A DNA stretch of 64,000 bases from an uncultured Verrucomicrobiota bacterium (GTDB lineage: Bacteria > Verrucomicrobiota > Verrucomicrobiia > Limisphaerales > MWDV01), in assembly GCA_964548925.1 (NCBI GenBank), contig CAZJTM010000002.1:10814-74813 (forward strand), in the 5' to 3' direction. Positions 18,983-28,661 of the stretch are shown one piece after another. Made by a program: the position numbers and the translations under genes. The notes under the pieces are model-generated. The model was not told the origin of the DNA, searched no databases, and was given only the letters and a program-made list of their open reading frames with translations. The first letter of the stretch is position 1. The number at the start of each line of letters is the position of its first letter.

Positions 18983-21900
18983 TTACCAGCAGTTCTGCCA
19001 ACTGGTCCCATCATACACGCGCAGCTTGTGCAGAGCACTGTCGTAGTAGAGGTCGCCCTCGCCCGGGCTGCTGGGGGCGGAACTGCGCGGCTGCAGGCGC
19101 ATCACATCGCTCACGTGCAGTGTGCGCGCCGGAGCCGGCGTCCCGATGCCGACGAGGTTGTTGTTGATGGTCACGGCGGCGCTGCCTGAGCTGTTTTGCA
19201 GCAGCAGCTTGCTGCCGGCGCCGGAGCGGATCACGAAGTCGCCGGCCGACGCATTCGCGCTGTATTGCCCGGAGGTGACGGCCGCGCTCAAATCCCCGCA
19301 GACGGTGCCGTTGGTGCTCAGTTGAATGGTCGGCGCGACCGCGCTGCCGTAGCCGTCCACACGCAACCCGTCCGCCGTGCTGGTGGCTCGCACGTCCAGA
19401 TGTTTTTGCGGTGTGATCGTGCCGATGCCGACAAAGCCGTTGCCCTTGATGGTCACCAACTCGTTGCTGCCACCGGCATTGTCGAAGAAAGAGAAGCGGT
19501 CGCTGGCCGCGTTGAGGTGCAAGAGGAATTGGCCGGACTGCACGCCCAAGCCATACGAAGAGGCACCACCGCCCCACAAGGCCAGCTTGGTGTTGGCCAG
19601 GGTGTTGCCCAGTCCAACGGGGGCGGAGAAGGTGTTGGTGCCGGTGAAGACCTGGTTCGCGTTGAGCAAAGCAACGTTGGCCGAGAGCCGGGCGTCGGCC
19701 AGCGTGCCGGTCAAGTCGGCGGCGTCGAGGTTGGTCAACCCGCCGCCGTTGCCGGTGAACGCGCCGACGAAGGTGTTCGCCGCGTTAGTCAACGTCACCA
19801 CGCCGGCAAAACGATTTGAGCCAGTGAAGACTTGGTTCGTGTTGAGCAGAGCAACATTGGTCAGGCCCGCGCCGTTGCCTACGAAGGCCGTGGCGGTGAC
19901 CGTGCCGTTGACGTCCAGGGCCGAACGCGGCGACGGGGTGCCGATGCCGACCTGATTGTTGGCGGTGATCGCCAGTGCCGCGCCGCTTCCGCCGCTTTGC
20001 AGCAACAGTTTGTTGCCGGGGCCGGAGCGTATTACGAAGTCGCCGGGCGACGCATCCGTGCTGTAATTCCCGGCGGCGACGGCCACTCCCAATTCCCCGC
20101 TCACGGTGCCATTGGTGCTGAGTTGGATGGCTGGCGGATATCCATCGCCCTCGACCCGCAAGCCGTCAGCCGTGCCGTGTGCCACGACCTCGAACCGTTT
20201 GTGTGGATTGTCCGTCCCGACGCCCACGTTGCCGGTGGAACGGTAGGCGTTGTCCCCCGACAGCGTCCAGACGCCAATGCCAGGATCCAGACTAGCGGTG
20301 GTAATGGAGCCTGCTTTCACGCCCTCGGCTAGAAGACCGGGGGCGTAGTGTTCCAGGTTGAACAGGTGCGCCGCCCCGGCATCGTACTTGCCTGTGTCGT
20401 CCCGATACGCTCCAATCACCGCCTGGTTGGTTCCGATCGCCACCAAGGAAATGCCGAAGTGGTCGCCGGCTTTCGGCGTGGGCTTGGTGAAGGTGGCAAG
20501 CAACGTGCCTTCCGTGCTGATGAGATACGCCGCCCCGGCATCGCTCGCACCCGCATCGGTCCCATGCGCCCCAATCAGCACCCGGTCGGTCCCCACCGCC
20601 GCGACGGCATAACCGAATTCGTCGCCGGCACCCGGTGTGGGATTGGTGAAGGTGAGCAACGTGCCATTCGTGCTGAACAGATACGCCGCCCCGGCGCCAC
20701 TGGGGCCCGCTGTGCCGTCCTGATGCGCCCCAATCACAACCAGTTCGGTCCCCACCGCGCTTACCGAAATGCCGAAGTTGTCGCTCGCAACCGGCGTGGG
20801 ATTGGTGAAGGTGGTGAGCAACGTGCCGCTGGTGCTGAACAGGTAGGCCGCCCCGGCATTGTCCGCGCCCGTGTCGTCGCGATAAGCTCCGATCAGCACC
20901 CGATCGGTCCCCACCGCCGCCACAGAATAGCCGAAGTTGTCGTCGGCGACCGGCGTGGGATTGGTGAACGTGGTGAGCAACGTGCCGTCCGTGCGGAGCA
21001 GGTACGCCGCCCCGGCATCGGTCGCGCCGGTGTCGTCGCGATACGCCCCAATCAGCACCTGGTCGGTGCCCACCGCCGCCACAGAATAGCCGAAGTAGTC
21101 GCTGGTTGCCGGGGTGGGATTGGTAATCGTCGTGGCGAGGAACCAATTGAGCGCTGTGGCCATCTTGCCCGCCGTCACCGCGCCGTCGGCCAGTTGATCC
21201 GATCCCACCGCTCCTGACGCAAGCATCGTACTGGTGATGCTGCCAGCGGCAAAGTTGTTGGTCGAGAGGGTGCCCGTGAGTTGAGAGGCCGGCAGCGTCC
21301 CGCTCAGACTGCCCGCCGTCGTCGCGGTGGCCGCTTGCATGGCATACGGCACCGCTTGGATCGGCCGCCGCGGACTCAGCGTGGAGTAAGCGCCCGTCTC
21401 CGCGCCGGGCCGCAGTTCGATCTCCAGCCAGCGGTCGTCGCCACTGAACACGCTGGCGCCAAAGTCCAGCACGACGTTGAACAGCCCGTTGGTCAGCGCC
21501 ACGTCGTCCGCCGTGACCGTCGAACCGACCTGGTTGCCGCCGCTGGCCGCGTCGTAAATCGTAAATCGTAGATCGCAAATGCCCGTGGCCGGCGTGCCGC
21601 TGTCGCGCAGGCGGCCCTGGTAGGTGAAGGCGGTGCTTTGGGCGACGGAGGAGAGCCGAGAGATGAGGGTTGCGAGGAGAAGCAGCACCAGGAGGGCGGG
21701 CCGCAAATCCGAAATCCGAAATCCGAAATCCCAAACAAATCCGAAGCCCGAAGTTCGAAAGGCCCGCGGCGTGTGCGCCGCATTCGGAGTCCCGGCTTCA
21801 ACCGGCGGGGCGTCCAGCGCACTCGACGCTTGAGTCCGGCCACACGGCCCGCTGGCTGAAGGCGGGACTCCAAGCCGAGCCGGCATCTCCCGCGAGGCGC

Positions 21901-21994
21901 TTCGGCCTTCGGTGTTCGGGCTGCGTTCGGATTTCGGATTTCGGATTTCGGATTGCCACTCGCTCCGGGTGGCCAGGGTAGGTTTTGTTTTCAT
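18983..21994 (-). CDS. Large secreted FG-GAP repeat / tail-fibre-like protein
   Basis: TAFTYQGRL N-domain, five FG-GAP repeats, repeated VGIGT..P motifs. ATGA overlap with the upstream regulator's stop. Confidence 0.8.
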   Translation of the reverse strand: MKTKPTLATRSEWQSEIRNPKSERSPNTEGRSASREMPARLGVPPSASGPCGRTQASSALDAPPVEAGTPNAAHTPRAFRTSGFGFVWDFGFRISDLRPALLVLLLLATLISRLSSVAQSTAFTYQGRLRDSGTPATGICDLRFTIYDAASGGNQVGSTVTADDVALTNGLFNVVLDFGASVFSGDDRWLEIELRPGAETGAYSTLSPRRPIQAVPYAMQAATATTAGSLSGTLPASQLTGTLSTNNFAAGSITSTMLASGAVGSDQLADGAVTAGKMATALNWFLATTITNPTPATSDYFGYSVAAVGTDQVLIGAYRDDTGATDAGAAYLLRTDGTLLTTFTNPTPVADDNFGYSVAAVGTDRVLIGAYRDDTGADNAGAAYLFSTSGTLLTTFTNPTPVASDNFGISVSAVGTELVVIGAHQDGTAGPSGAGAAYLFSTNGTLLTFTNPTPGAGDEFGYAVAAVGTDRVLIGAHGTDAGASDAGAAYLISTEGTLLATFTKPTPKAGDHFGISLVAIGTNQAVIGAYRDDTGKYDAGAAHLFNLEHYAPGLLAEGVKAGSITTASLDPGIGVWTLSGDNAYRSTGNVGVGTDNPHKRFEVVAHGTADGLRVEGDGYPPAIQLSTNGTVSGELGVAVAAGNYSTDASPGDFVIRSGPGNKLLLQSGGSGAALAITANNQVGIGTPSPRSALDVNGTVTATAFVGNGAGLTNVALLNTNQVFTGSNRFAGVVTLTNAANTFVGAFTGNGGGLTNLDAADLTGTLADARLSANVALLNANQVFTGTNTFSAPVGLGNTLANTKLALWGGGASSYGLGVQSGQFLLHLNAASDRFSFFDNAGGSNELVTIKGNGFVGIGTITPQKHLDVRATSTADGLRVDGYGSAVAPTIQLSTNGTVCGDLSAAVTSGQYSANASAGDFVIRSGAGSKLLLQNSSGSAAVTINNNLVGIGTPAPARTLHVSDVMRLQPRSSAPSSPGEGDLYYDSALHKLRVYDGTSWQNCW
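21705..21954. repeat. Nested palindromic element in frame: heptamer (AATCCGA)n arms around a GGAGTCCC-family palindrome
   Basis: aaatccgaaatccgaaatccgaaatc at 21705; ttcggatttcggatttcggatttcggatt ending 21954; inner ggagtcccggcttcaaccgg / ggctgaaggcgggactcc. Confidence 0.88.
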
Positions 21995-22344
21995 AGTTGT
22001 GAAGCCGCTTCCACGATCCGCGTCACGGTGGAGAGGTTTTCTTTGAGGACATAGCCGCAAGCGCCGGCTTCCTGTGCCGCCCGGCGCAAATCAGGCTCGT
22101 CGTATTGGGTGACGATGAGAATCCGTGCGTCGGGGAACCGGGCCTTGATCTGGCGCGTGGCGGCCAGTCCGCTGGTCGGCTTCATGCGCAAATCCATGAG
22201 GACCCAATCCGGCCGTTGCGCCGCATAGGCCGCGACGGCCGCGTCACCGTCGTCGGCTTCGCAGAAGTCGGTGGCCACCCCCGCGACTGTCTGCCGGAGC
22301 ATCTGCCGCATGCGGGCGTCGTCATCTGCGATCAGGACTTTCAT
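21991..22344 (-). CDS. Single-domain response regulator
   Basis: KVLIADDD, DWVLMDLRM, ACGYVLKE. Alternative start 22356. Confidence 0.9.
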   Translation of the reverse strand: MKVLIADDDARMRQMLRQTVAGVATDFCEADDGDAAVAAYAAQRPDWVLMDLRMKPTSGLAATRQIKARFPDARILIVTQYDEPDLRRAAQEAGACGYVLKENLSTVTRIVEAASQL

Positions 22345-22439
22345 TTTGGACCGCATCGTTGTCCCAGAAAACCGGGCGACCGGGAATTCGAGTGAATGCG
22401 CAGAACCGGCTACGTGGGAATACGCAGAGAAGTTTTCGA

Positions 22440-22572
22440 TTGGCGATTCCCGATTTGCGATTTGCCGAGCGTCTGCTGCGCTCGACCGGTCCTGACGGCG
22501 GACGCACCCGCACCGCCAAGCCGACGCAGGCACCGCTCACTGCGGCGCCAATCGCAAATGGGAAATCGCAAA
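22440..22572. repeat. Inverted repeat with heptamer (AATCGCA-type) arms
   Basis: ttggcgattcccgatttgcgatt versus reverse complement of 22550-22572 (tttgcgatttcccatttgcgatt). Confidence 0.8.
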
Positions 22573-22574
22573 GC

Positions 22575-23234
22575 CTACAACTGCCCTTTGTGATCGAAGG
22601 CGAAGCGGAGCAGGCTGTGGCTGCCGCTCAACTCCAGTTTGGTGGAGATGTTCTGGCGGTGCGTTTCCACGGTGCGAACGCTGCATTCCAGCAGCGCGGC
22701 GATCTCCTTGCTGGTGCGGTCTTGGCTGATGAGCTTGAGAATCTGCCGTTCCGTGGGGGTGAGCCGGTCCAAACCCGGTTTCTGCGCGCGCAACGAGGCC
22801 GCGGCGGCACCGCGCCGCACGAGCGCGCCGGACAATGCCGGGCTGATGAAACAGTGCCCCGCCGCCACTTGATGAATGGCTTGGAGCAACTCGGTGACCG
22901 CGCTCTCTTTCAGCAAATAGCCTTTCACGCCCAGGTCCAGAGCTTCGTTCAGCAGCGCCTCCTCCGGGTCCATCGTGAGGATGATCAGGGCCACCGGCAG
23001 GGGCTGCTCGCTGAGCGCGCGGGCCACCCGCAGACCGCTGCGCTTGGGCATGTGAATGTCCAACACCGCCACCGTCGGGCGGAGTGCCTGGATCAATCGC
23101 CACACTTCCTCGCCGTCACCCGCCTCGCCTGCCAGGCGCAACGCGGGGTCGCCGGCGATAATGTCGCACAACCCGCGCCGGAAGATCGGGTGGTCATCGG
23201 CGATTAGAACGGTGATGCGATCCGTGGTGTTCAT
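22575..23234 (-). CDS. NarL/LuxR family response regulator
   Basis: LIADDHPIFRRGL, LDIHMP, LTPTERQIL...TVETHRQNI. Confidence 0.93.
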   Translation of the reverse strand: MNTTDRITVLIADDHPIFRRGLCDIIAGDPALRLAGEAGDGEEVWRLIQALRPTVAVLDIHMPKRSGLRVARALSEQPLPVALIILTMDPEEALLNEALDLGVKGYLLKESAVTELLQAIHQVAAGHCFISPALSGALVRRGAAAASLRAQKPGLDRLTPTERQILKLISQDRTSKEIAALLECSVRTVETHRQNISTKLELSGSHSLLRFAFDHKGQL

Positions 23235-23312
23235 CGTGATCTACCAGTGCGATCATCTACCGAACGCGACCGGAAAAGCAACGCGCTTTGACGGAATGGC
23301 GCCCCGCCCCGG

Positions 23313-26300
23313 CTAAAGGCGGGACTCCGAACGACGGGGCTCCGAACGTGTTCCCGAACGCTGAAGCGGCACGTCCACGGTTAACTGTGTGCCCTGACCA
23401 GGCTGGGCGTGGAGGTGCAAGCGACCGCCCAGGATGCGCGCACGCTCCGCCATCTGACGCAGACCCAAGCCTCCTCGGTCGGGTGCGGCGGATTGAGCGG
23501 GATCAAAGCCGCGACCATTGTCCACAATCTCGAGCCGCAGCCGCGCGGGGGTTCGCGTGAGCGTCACCTTGGCCTCGGAAGCACCCGCGTGTTTGATGAT
23601 GTTGTTCAGGCTCTCCTGGATGATCCGGAACAAGTTGATCTCAAATTCCGCCGGCAAGAGGCCGTCCACGTCGTCCAGTTCGACGCTGACGCGCAATCCG
23701 CCGGATTGCCCGGCCTTCTCCAGCATGGCGGCCGTGGCTTTGGTAAACCCCAGTTCGTCGAGCAGAGATGGGCGAAGGTTGTGGCTGATGCGGCGCACCT
23801 GTTGCAGCGCCTGCTTGGCGGTAGCGGAAATGTCATTCAACCGCACGACCGTCGCCGGGGGATTCTCGCTCTGGCCCAGTCCAAACTGCGCCTGGTTCGC
23901 GATCACCAACAAGTCTTGCCCCAAGCCATCGTGCAGTTCGCCGGCAATCCGTTGACGCTCGCTCTCCTGCGACGCGATCAACTGGCGGGCGAATGCTTCC
24001 TGAGCAGCACGCGCGCGCCGGAGGCGGCGCTGGCGGCTCTCGTGCCAGCCGAGCGCGGCACCGCACATCCCGAACACGACCAGCGCGCGAAACCACCACG
24101 TCTTCCACCACGGCGGCAGGACTTGGAGGCGCAAGCTCGTGCCGAGGTCGTTCCACACCCCGTCGTTGTTGCAGGCGGTCACCCGAAACTCGTAGCGACC
24201 CGGAGGAACGGCGGTGTAGTGGGCAGCTCGCCGCGCCCCGGCTTGTACCCAATCCTCGTCGAAGGGCTCCAACCGGTAGCGGAAGCGAACCTTCTCCGGC
24301 GCGACCAAGCTCAGACCGGTGAACCGGAATTCGATCCGATGGGTGCGCGGAGGCACCAAGAGGATTTGCGATTCTCGATTTGCGATTTGGGATTGGTCCG
24401 CAGTCCGTAGCGCGTGGTCAGCAGCAAGCCCTTCGTCGCCGGTTGCCGCCCCGCCGGGCCTCGGGTTTCTGCCGTCCGACTTCTGGCTACTAACTACTGA
24501 CCACTGACCACTGACTACGGGCTGCTCATCCAACACCACCTCTTCAATCACAACGGGCGGCGGCAGCCGATTGAAGGGGAGTTGGTTGGGATTCACGACC
24601 GCGGCCCCGTTGACGGTGGCAAACCACAGCCTGCCATCCTGGGCCTTGCAGCACGCCGGCTGGCTCGCCCCGACACAATCGGCGGTGCTCAGCCCGTCCG
24701 ACGGACCGAACACTTGCCACGCCACCGACTTTCGCTTCCCATCGAGGTATTCGTTCAGCGCCAGGCGGCTGACACGGATAATGCCGCGGTTGGAGCCGAT
24801 CCAGAGATTGTCCCGGTCATCTTCGAGCAGGTTGCCAATGGTGTCGGTCGGCAGGCCGTCCTTGGCGCCCGCAGTGGTGAAGCGGCCCTGCCTGAAGCGG
24901 CACAACCCGCCGTAAACCGTCCCAATCCAGAGGGTCTCTTCCTTGTCCAGGTAAAGCGAGGTCAGGTGGTTGGCCGCCAAACCGTCCTGTTGCGTGAAAT
25001 GGGTGAACCGATCCTGGCGCAGGCAGTTCAACCCGCCGCCGTCCGTCCCCACATACAGCGTACCGGACCGATCTTCGGCCAAGGCCACGACGGTGTCGCA
25101 GGACAAACCCTCCTGCGTCGAATAGCGCTTGAAGCGGCCACCTTCGTGACGCAAGAGGCCGTTCGCGCACCCGAGCCAAAGGGCGCCGCGGTGATCTTCC
25201 AACAAAGCGTGCGCGGTCATCAGGACCGGGGGGTCGCCGGCGAGGGTGTGGGGCGTTACGGCCTCTGCGTTCCACTGGAGGGCGACGTTGCCATAGAGCC
25301 CGATCCAGATCGCGCCTTGGCGGTCGGCGAGCACGGAGTAAGTCAGGAGGTACTTTTGCAGCGCGGCCGGTTCGGTCACGCGCTCCAACTTCCCGTCCGC
25401 CCAGGTGTGCAATCCGCCGCCGTTCACTCCGAACCACATCCGCCCTTGGCGATCCTGGGTCAGGGACATGATGACCTTGGGCCCGCTCTCCGTGCCGTAC
25501 ATTTGGAAAACCTGCGGACGGATGCGATGAAGCCCGCCCTGGCCGGTGCCAACCCAGAGACTCCCCTCGCGGTCCCGGAACAGGCAGTTCACGTAATTGT
25601 CAACCAAACCGTTGCCGACGCGCACCTGCTGCCACGCACCCTGCGCATCCAGGTGAAAGAGCCCCTTCGACCACCGCCCGGCCCAGAGCGTGCCTTGGCC
25701 GTCTTCCAGCAAACAATGCAGCAAGTCCGCCTGCGGAAGCGGCACCACGCGGGGCGAGAGTTTCCCCTGTTGCAGACGGTAAAGACCGTTGGTTGTCCCC
25801 AACCAATAACCCCCGGCTTGACTGACCGCCGCCGTATAGACCGTGAGGCTGACCACGTTGCTGGCATTTCCTTCCGCGTTCAAAACCGGGAAATCCACAA
25901 CCAGCGGCTGGGCGATCTTGCCCCGGCGCGCAACCCACCCCACACCCTCGTTCTGGAACAGGAAACGCGGCGGATCATCCGCGCTGAATCGAGCATCCAG
26001 CGGCCGCACTTGATCGTTCTTAATCTGGTGCCAGCCGCCTTTCCGGTCCTGGAGCAGCAGGCAAGCACCGGGCGAGTTGGGGTCGCCGAATCCGCTGACA
26101 AAACTGGCCGCGCCTTCCTTTTGGATCACGGTGAATTGCCCAGCCGCCATGCGCACCAGCCGGCCGGCCTCAGTGATGATCCAGAGCGCACCCTGTTCAT
26201 CCACCTGCAACCGGGTAATTCCGCGATCTCCCAGCGCGGGGGTGTTGCCGACGTGGAAAACCGTGAAACGGACCCCGTCGAAACGCGCCAAGCCGTTGAA

Positions 26301-26525
26301 CGTGCCGACCCAGAGATAACCGTCCGGGGTCTGAGCGATGGAAGTGACCGAGATTTGCGGCAGGCCCTCCTCGACCTGCCAAACGTCAATCGTGAAGTTG
26401 CCGGTATTCTTCGCAACGCCCGTTCCCCAACTCATCCCTGTGCTCAGAAGCAACCCCAAGATTGGCCGGGTGAGCTGTGCGATCCGGCGAGAGCACCACC
26501 GCAACAGTAGGCCAGGCGACAACAT
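23313..26525 (-). CDS. Sensor histidine kinase with Reg_prop beta-propellers, Y_Y_Y, HisKA_3, HATPase
   Basis: Repeated EDxxGxLWxGT, YTAVPPGRYEFRVTACNNDGVW, RIAGELHDGLGQ, DNGRGF, GLGL. Confidence 0.92.
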   Translation of the reverse strand: MLSPGLLLRWCSRRIAQLTRPILGLLLSTGMSWGTGVAKNTGNFTIDVWQVEEGLPQISVTSIAQTPDGYLWVGTFNGLARFDGVRFTVFHVGNTPALGDRGITRLQVDEQGALWIITEAGRLVRMAAGQFTVIQKEGAASFVSGFGDPNSPGACLLLQDRKGGWHQIKNDQVRPLDARFSADDPPRFLFQNEGVGWVARRGKIAQPLVVDFPVLNAEGNASNVVSLTVYTAAVSQAGGYWLGTTNGLYRLQQGKLSPRVVPLPQADLLHCLLEDGQGTLWAGRWSKGLFHLDAQGAWQQVRVGNGLVDNYVNCLFRDREGSLWVGTGQGGLHRIRPQVFQMYGTESGPKVIMSLTQDRQGRMWFGVNGGGLHTWADGKLERVTEPAALQKYLLTYSVLADRQGAIWIGLYGNVALQWNAEAVTPHTLAGDPPVLMTAHALLEDHRGALWLGCANGLLRHEGGRFKRYSTQEGLSCDTVVALAEDRSGTLYVGTDGGGLNCLRQDRFTHFTQQDGLAANHLTSLYLDKEETLWIGTVYGGLCRFRQGRFTTAGAKDGLPTDTIGNLLEDDRDNLWIGSNRGIIRVSRLALNEYLDGKRKSVAWQVFGPSDGLSTADCVGASQPACCKAQDGRLWFATVNGAAVVNPNQLPFNRLPPPVVIEEVVLDEQPVVSGQWSVVSSQKSDGRNPRPGGAATGDEGLAADHALRTADQSQIANRESQILLVPPRTHRIEFRFTGLSLVAPEKVRFRYRLEPFDEDWVQAGARRAAHYTAVPPGRYEFRVTACNNDGVWNDLGTSLRLQVLPPWWKTWWFRALVVFGMCGAALGWHESRQRRLRRARAAQEAFARQLIASQESERQRIAGELHDGLGQDLLVIANQAQFGLGQSENPPATVVRLNDISATAKQALQQVRRISHNLRPSLLDELGFTKATAAMLEKAGQSGGLRVSVELDDVDGLLPAEFEINLFRIIQESLNNIIKHAGASEAKVTLTRTPARLRLEIVDNGRGFDPAQSAAPDRGGLGLRQMAERARILGGRLHLHAQPGQGTQLTVDVPLQRSGTRSEPRRSESRL

Positions 26526-26815
26526 GGCGGCAGCGTAGCCAGATGCGGGAAACCTGGCAACGCGCTTCCCGCAGGCTTCGGGCGTTCAGGCGCGGTTGAT
26601 TGTGTCGGGGGCATAGGAGTTGGGATCCCCGGCTTTGGCCGGCCCGGTGGTCTTCCAGCCAAAACCGGGATTCCAAACCGAGCTGCTGGAGCTCGCGACC
26701 CAAAATGAGAGTCGCTGGCGCGCGATTTGGGCTTGCTTCATCCGCGCCAAGCCGATTTCCTTCCCCGCAAGAAAACCGGTTCAGCGATTCAACTCTGCAC
26801 AGAATGAACAAACCT

Positions 26816-27958
26816 ATGGCCAAGACACCCCTTCGCATCGGCATGATCGGCTACGGCTTCATGGGCCGGGCCCACAGCAACGCTTACCGCAAGGTCGGCA
26901 ACTTCTTCGACCTCGAGCACGAGTGCGTCCTCCAGGCCGCCTGCGCGCGGAATGAGGCGAACATCAAGGCCTTCGCCGCCAGGTGGGGCTACGCGTCCAT
27001 CGAGACCGACTGGCGCAAGCTCATCGCCCGCGACGACATTGATCTCGTGGACATCTGCGTGCCGAACGATCTGCACGCCGAGATCGCCACCGCCGCCGCC
27101 AAGGCCGGCAAGATGATCCTCTGCGAAAAACCGCTCGCCATGAATGGCCCGCAAGGACGCAAGATGGTCGAGGTCGTCGAGAAGGCCAAAGTGCCGAACA
27201 TGGTCTGGTACAACTACCGTCGCGTTCCCGCCGTCACGCTTGCCAAGCAGCTCATTGACGAAGGCAAACTCGGAAAGATTTTCCACTACCGCGCGAAGTT
27301 CCTTCAGGATTGGACCATCAGCCCCGAACTGCCACAAGGCGGCGCCGGCCTCTGGCGGCTCGACGTGAAGGCCGCCGGCAGCGGCGTCACCGGCGACCTC
27401 CTCGCGCACTGCATTGACACGGCGCTCTGGCTGAACGGTCGCATCGAAAAGGTCAACGCCATGACTGAGACCTTCATCAAGGAGCGCAAGCACAACCTCA
27501 CCGGCAAGGTCGAGAAGGTGGGCATTGACGACGCGTGCGCGCTCCTGGCGCGGTTTGGCAACGGCTCGCTCGCCACGTTCGAGTCCACGCGCTACGCCCG
27601 CGGCCACAAGGCGCTCTACACCTTCGAGATCAACGGCGAGCACGCCAGCATCTTCTGGGATTTGCACGACCTGCATCGCCTCCAGTATTTCGATCACCGC
27701 GACCCGGGCAACGTGCGCGGCTGGCGGAGCATCCATGTGAGCGATGGCGACCAGCCCTACATGAAGAACTGGTGGGTACCGGGCTTGCAAATCGGTTACG
27801 AACACAGCTTCGTCCACCAGGTGGCGGACTTCATCAAAGGCATCGAGACTGGCAAACCCGCCGGGCCGACCTTCCGCGATGCGCTGGAAACCCAGTTCGT
27901 CTGCGACGCGGTGCTCAAGTCGGCCAAGACCCAGCGGTGGGAGAAGGTCGCGAAGTAG
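26816..27958 (+). CDS. Gfo/Idh/MocA oxidoreductase
   Basis: [23 protein letters not shown]. Alternative start 26804. Confidence 0.92.
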   Translation: MAKTPLRIGMIGYGFMGRAHSNAYRKVGNFFDLEHECVLQAACARNEANIKAFAARWGYASIETDWRKLIARDDIDLVDICVPNDLHAEIATAAAKAGKMILCEKPLAMNGPQGRKMVEVVEKAKVPNMVWYNYRRVPAVTLAKQLIDEGKLGKIFHYRAKFLQDWTISPELPQGGAGLWRLDVKAAGSGVTGDLLAHCIDTALWLNGRIEKVNAMTETFIKERKHNLTGKVEKVGIDDACALLARFGNGSLATFESTRYARGHKALYTFEINGEHASIFWDLHDLHRLQYFDHRDPGNVRGWRSIHVSDGDQPYMKNWWVPGLQIGYEHSFVHQVADFIKGIETGKPAGPTFRDALETQFVCDAVLKSAKTQRWEKVAK

Positions 27959-28192
27959 TCAATGGCAGCGGTCGGAAGACCGTTATCTCCTTTTGCAGGC
28001 GACATTGGGGACGTTCTGCCGGAAGTGGCGTTGAAGTGCCGCACTCGAAATGCTGGCGCGACGACTGGGCTTCACGTGTCCCGAATGGAGAAGCCAACCT
28101 GCAACGGGCGGTTTGCGGACGCTTTGGCAGGTTTGCATGGGGGGTGCGGCGCGAGTTGCAGAACTGCCGAAGTTGCACAATCCTTTCCCCCA

Positions 28193-28615
28193 ATGAATCT
28201 ATCCATGAAGACTATCGGCTCGTTGACACTGATCAGTTGGCTGGCCGCGGCGATTACCTTGGTGGCGGCGGCGGTGGACACCAGCAAGCTCCCACCCGCT
28301 TCCAACCAGAAGGGCTTGACTTACGCCAAAGACATCAAGCCCATCTTTGACAAGTCCTGTGTGCGCTGTCACGGCGCCGAAAAGCCCAAAGCCGGCTTGC
28401 GCCTGGATGGACTCGAAGGCGCGCTCAAGGGCACGCAACAGCACAAGGTCATCAAGACGGGCGACAGCGCGCAGAGCTCGCTGGTCCACAGCGTGGCCCG
28501 TGTGGGGGACGAGGATAATTGGATGCCGCCGGTCGGGAACCGGGCGGGCATCGGACCGTTGACGAAGGAACAGGTCGGGTTGATCCGGGCGTGGATTGAC
28601 CAAGGCGCGAAGTAG
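28193..28615 (+). CDS. Planctomycete-type cytochrome c
   Basis: Signal peptide, DIKPIFDKSCVRCHG (CxxCH), MPP, IRAWIDQGA. Confidence 0.85.
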   Translation: MNLSMKTIGSLTLISWLAAAITLVAAAVDTSKLPPASNQKGLTYAKDIKPIFDKSCVRCHGAEKPKAGLRLDGLEGALKGTQQHKVIKTGDSAQSSLVHSVARVGDEDNWMPPVGNRAGIGPLTKEQVGLIRAWIDQGAK

Positions 28616-28661
28616 CTTTGCACCCCCGCCCTTTGCAGCCCCGGCTCATGCTGTGACTGGC

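Noticed and set aside
18135-19001. N-terminal ~290 aa of the 582-aa ORF 17253..19001
   Set aside because: Antisense read-through of vapBC and repeat DNA, not a real fusion.
20357-21136. ~160-bp direct repeats as a CRISPR array or DGR TR/VR pair
   Set aside because: They are in-frame FG-GAP coding repeats with no unique spacers. No cas or RT gene is present, and the differences are not adenine-specific.
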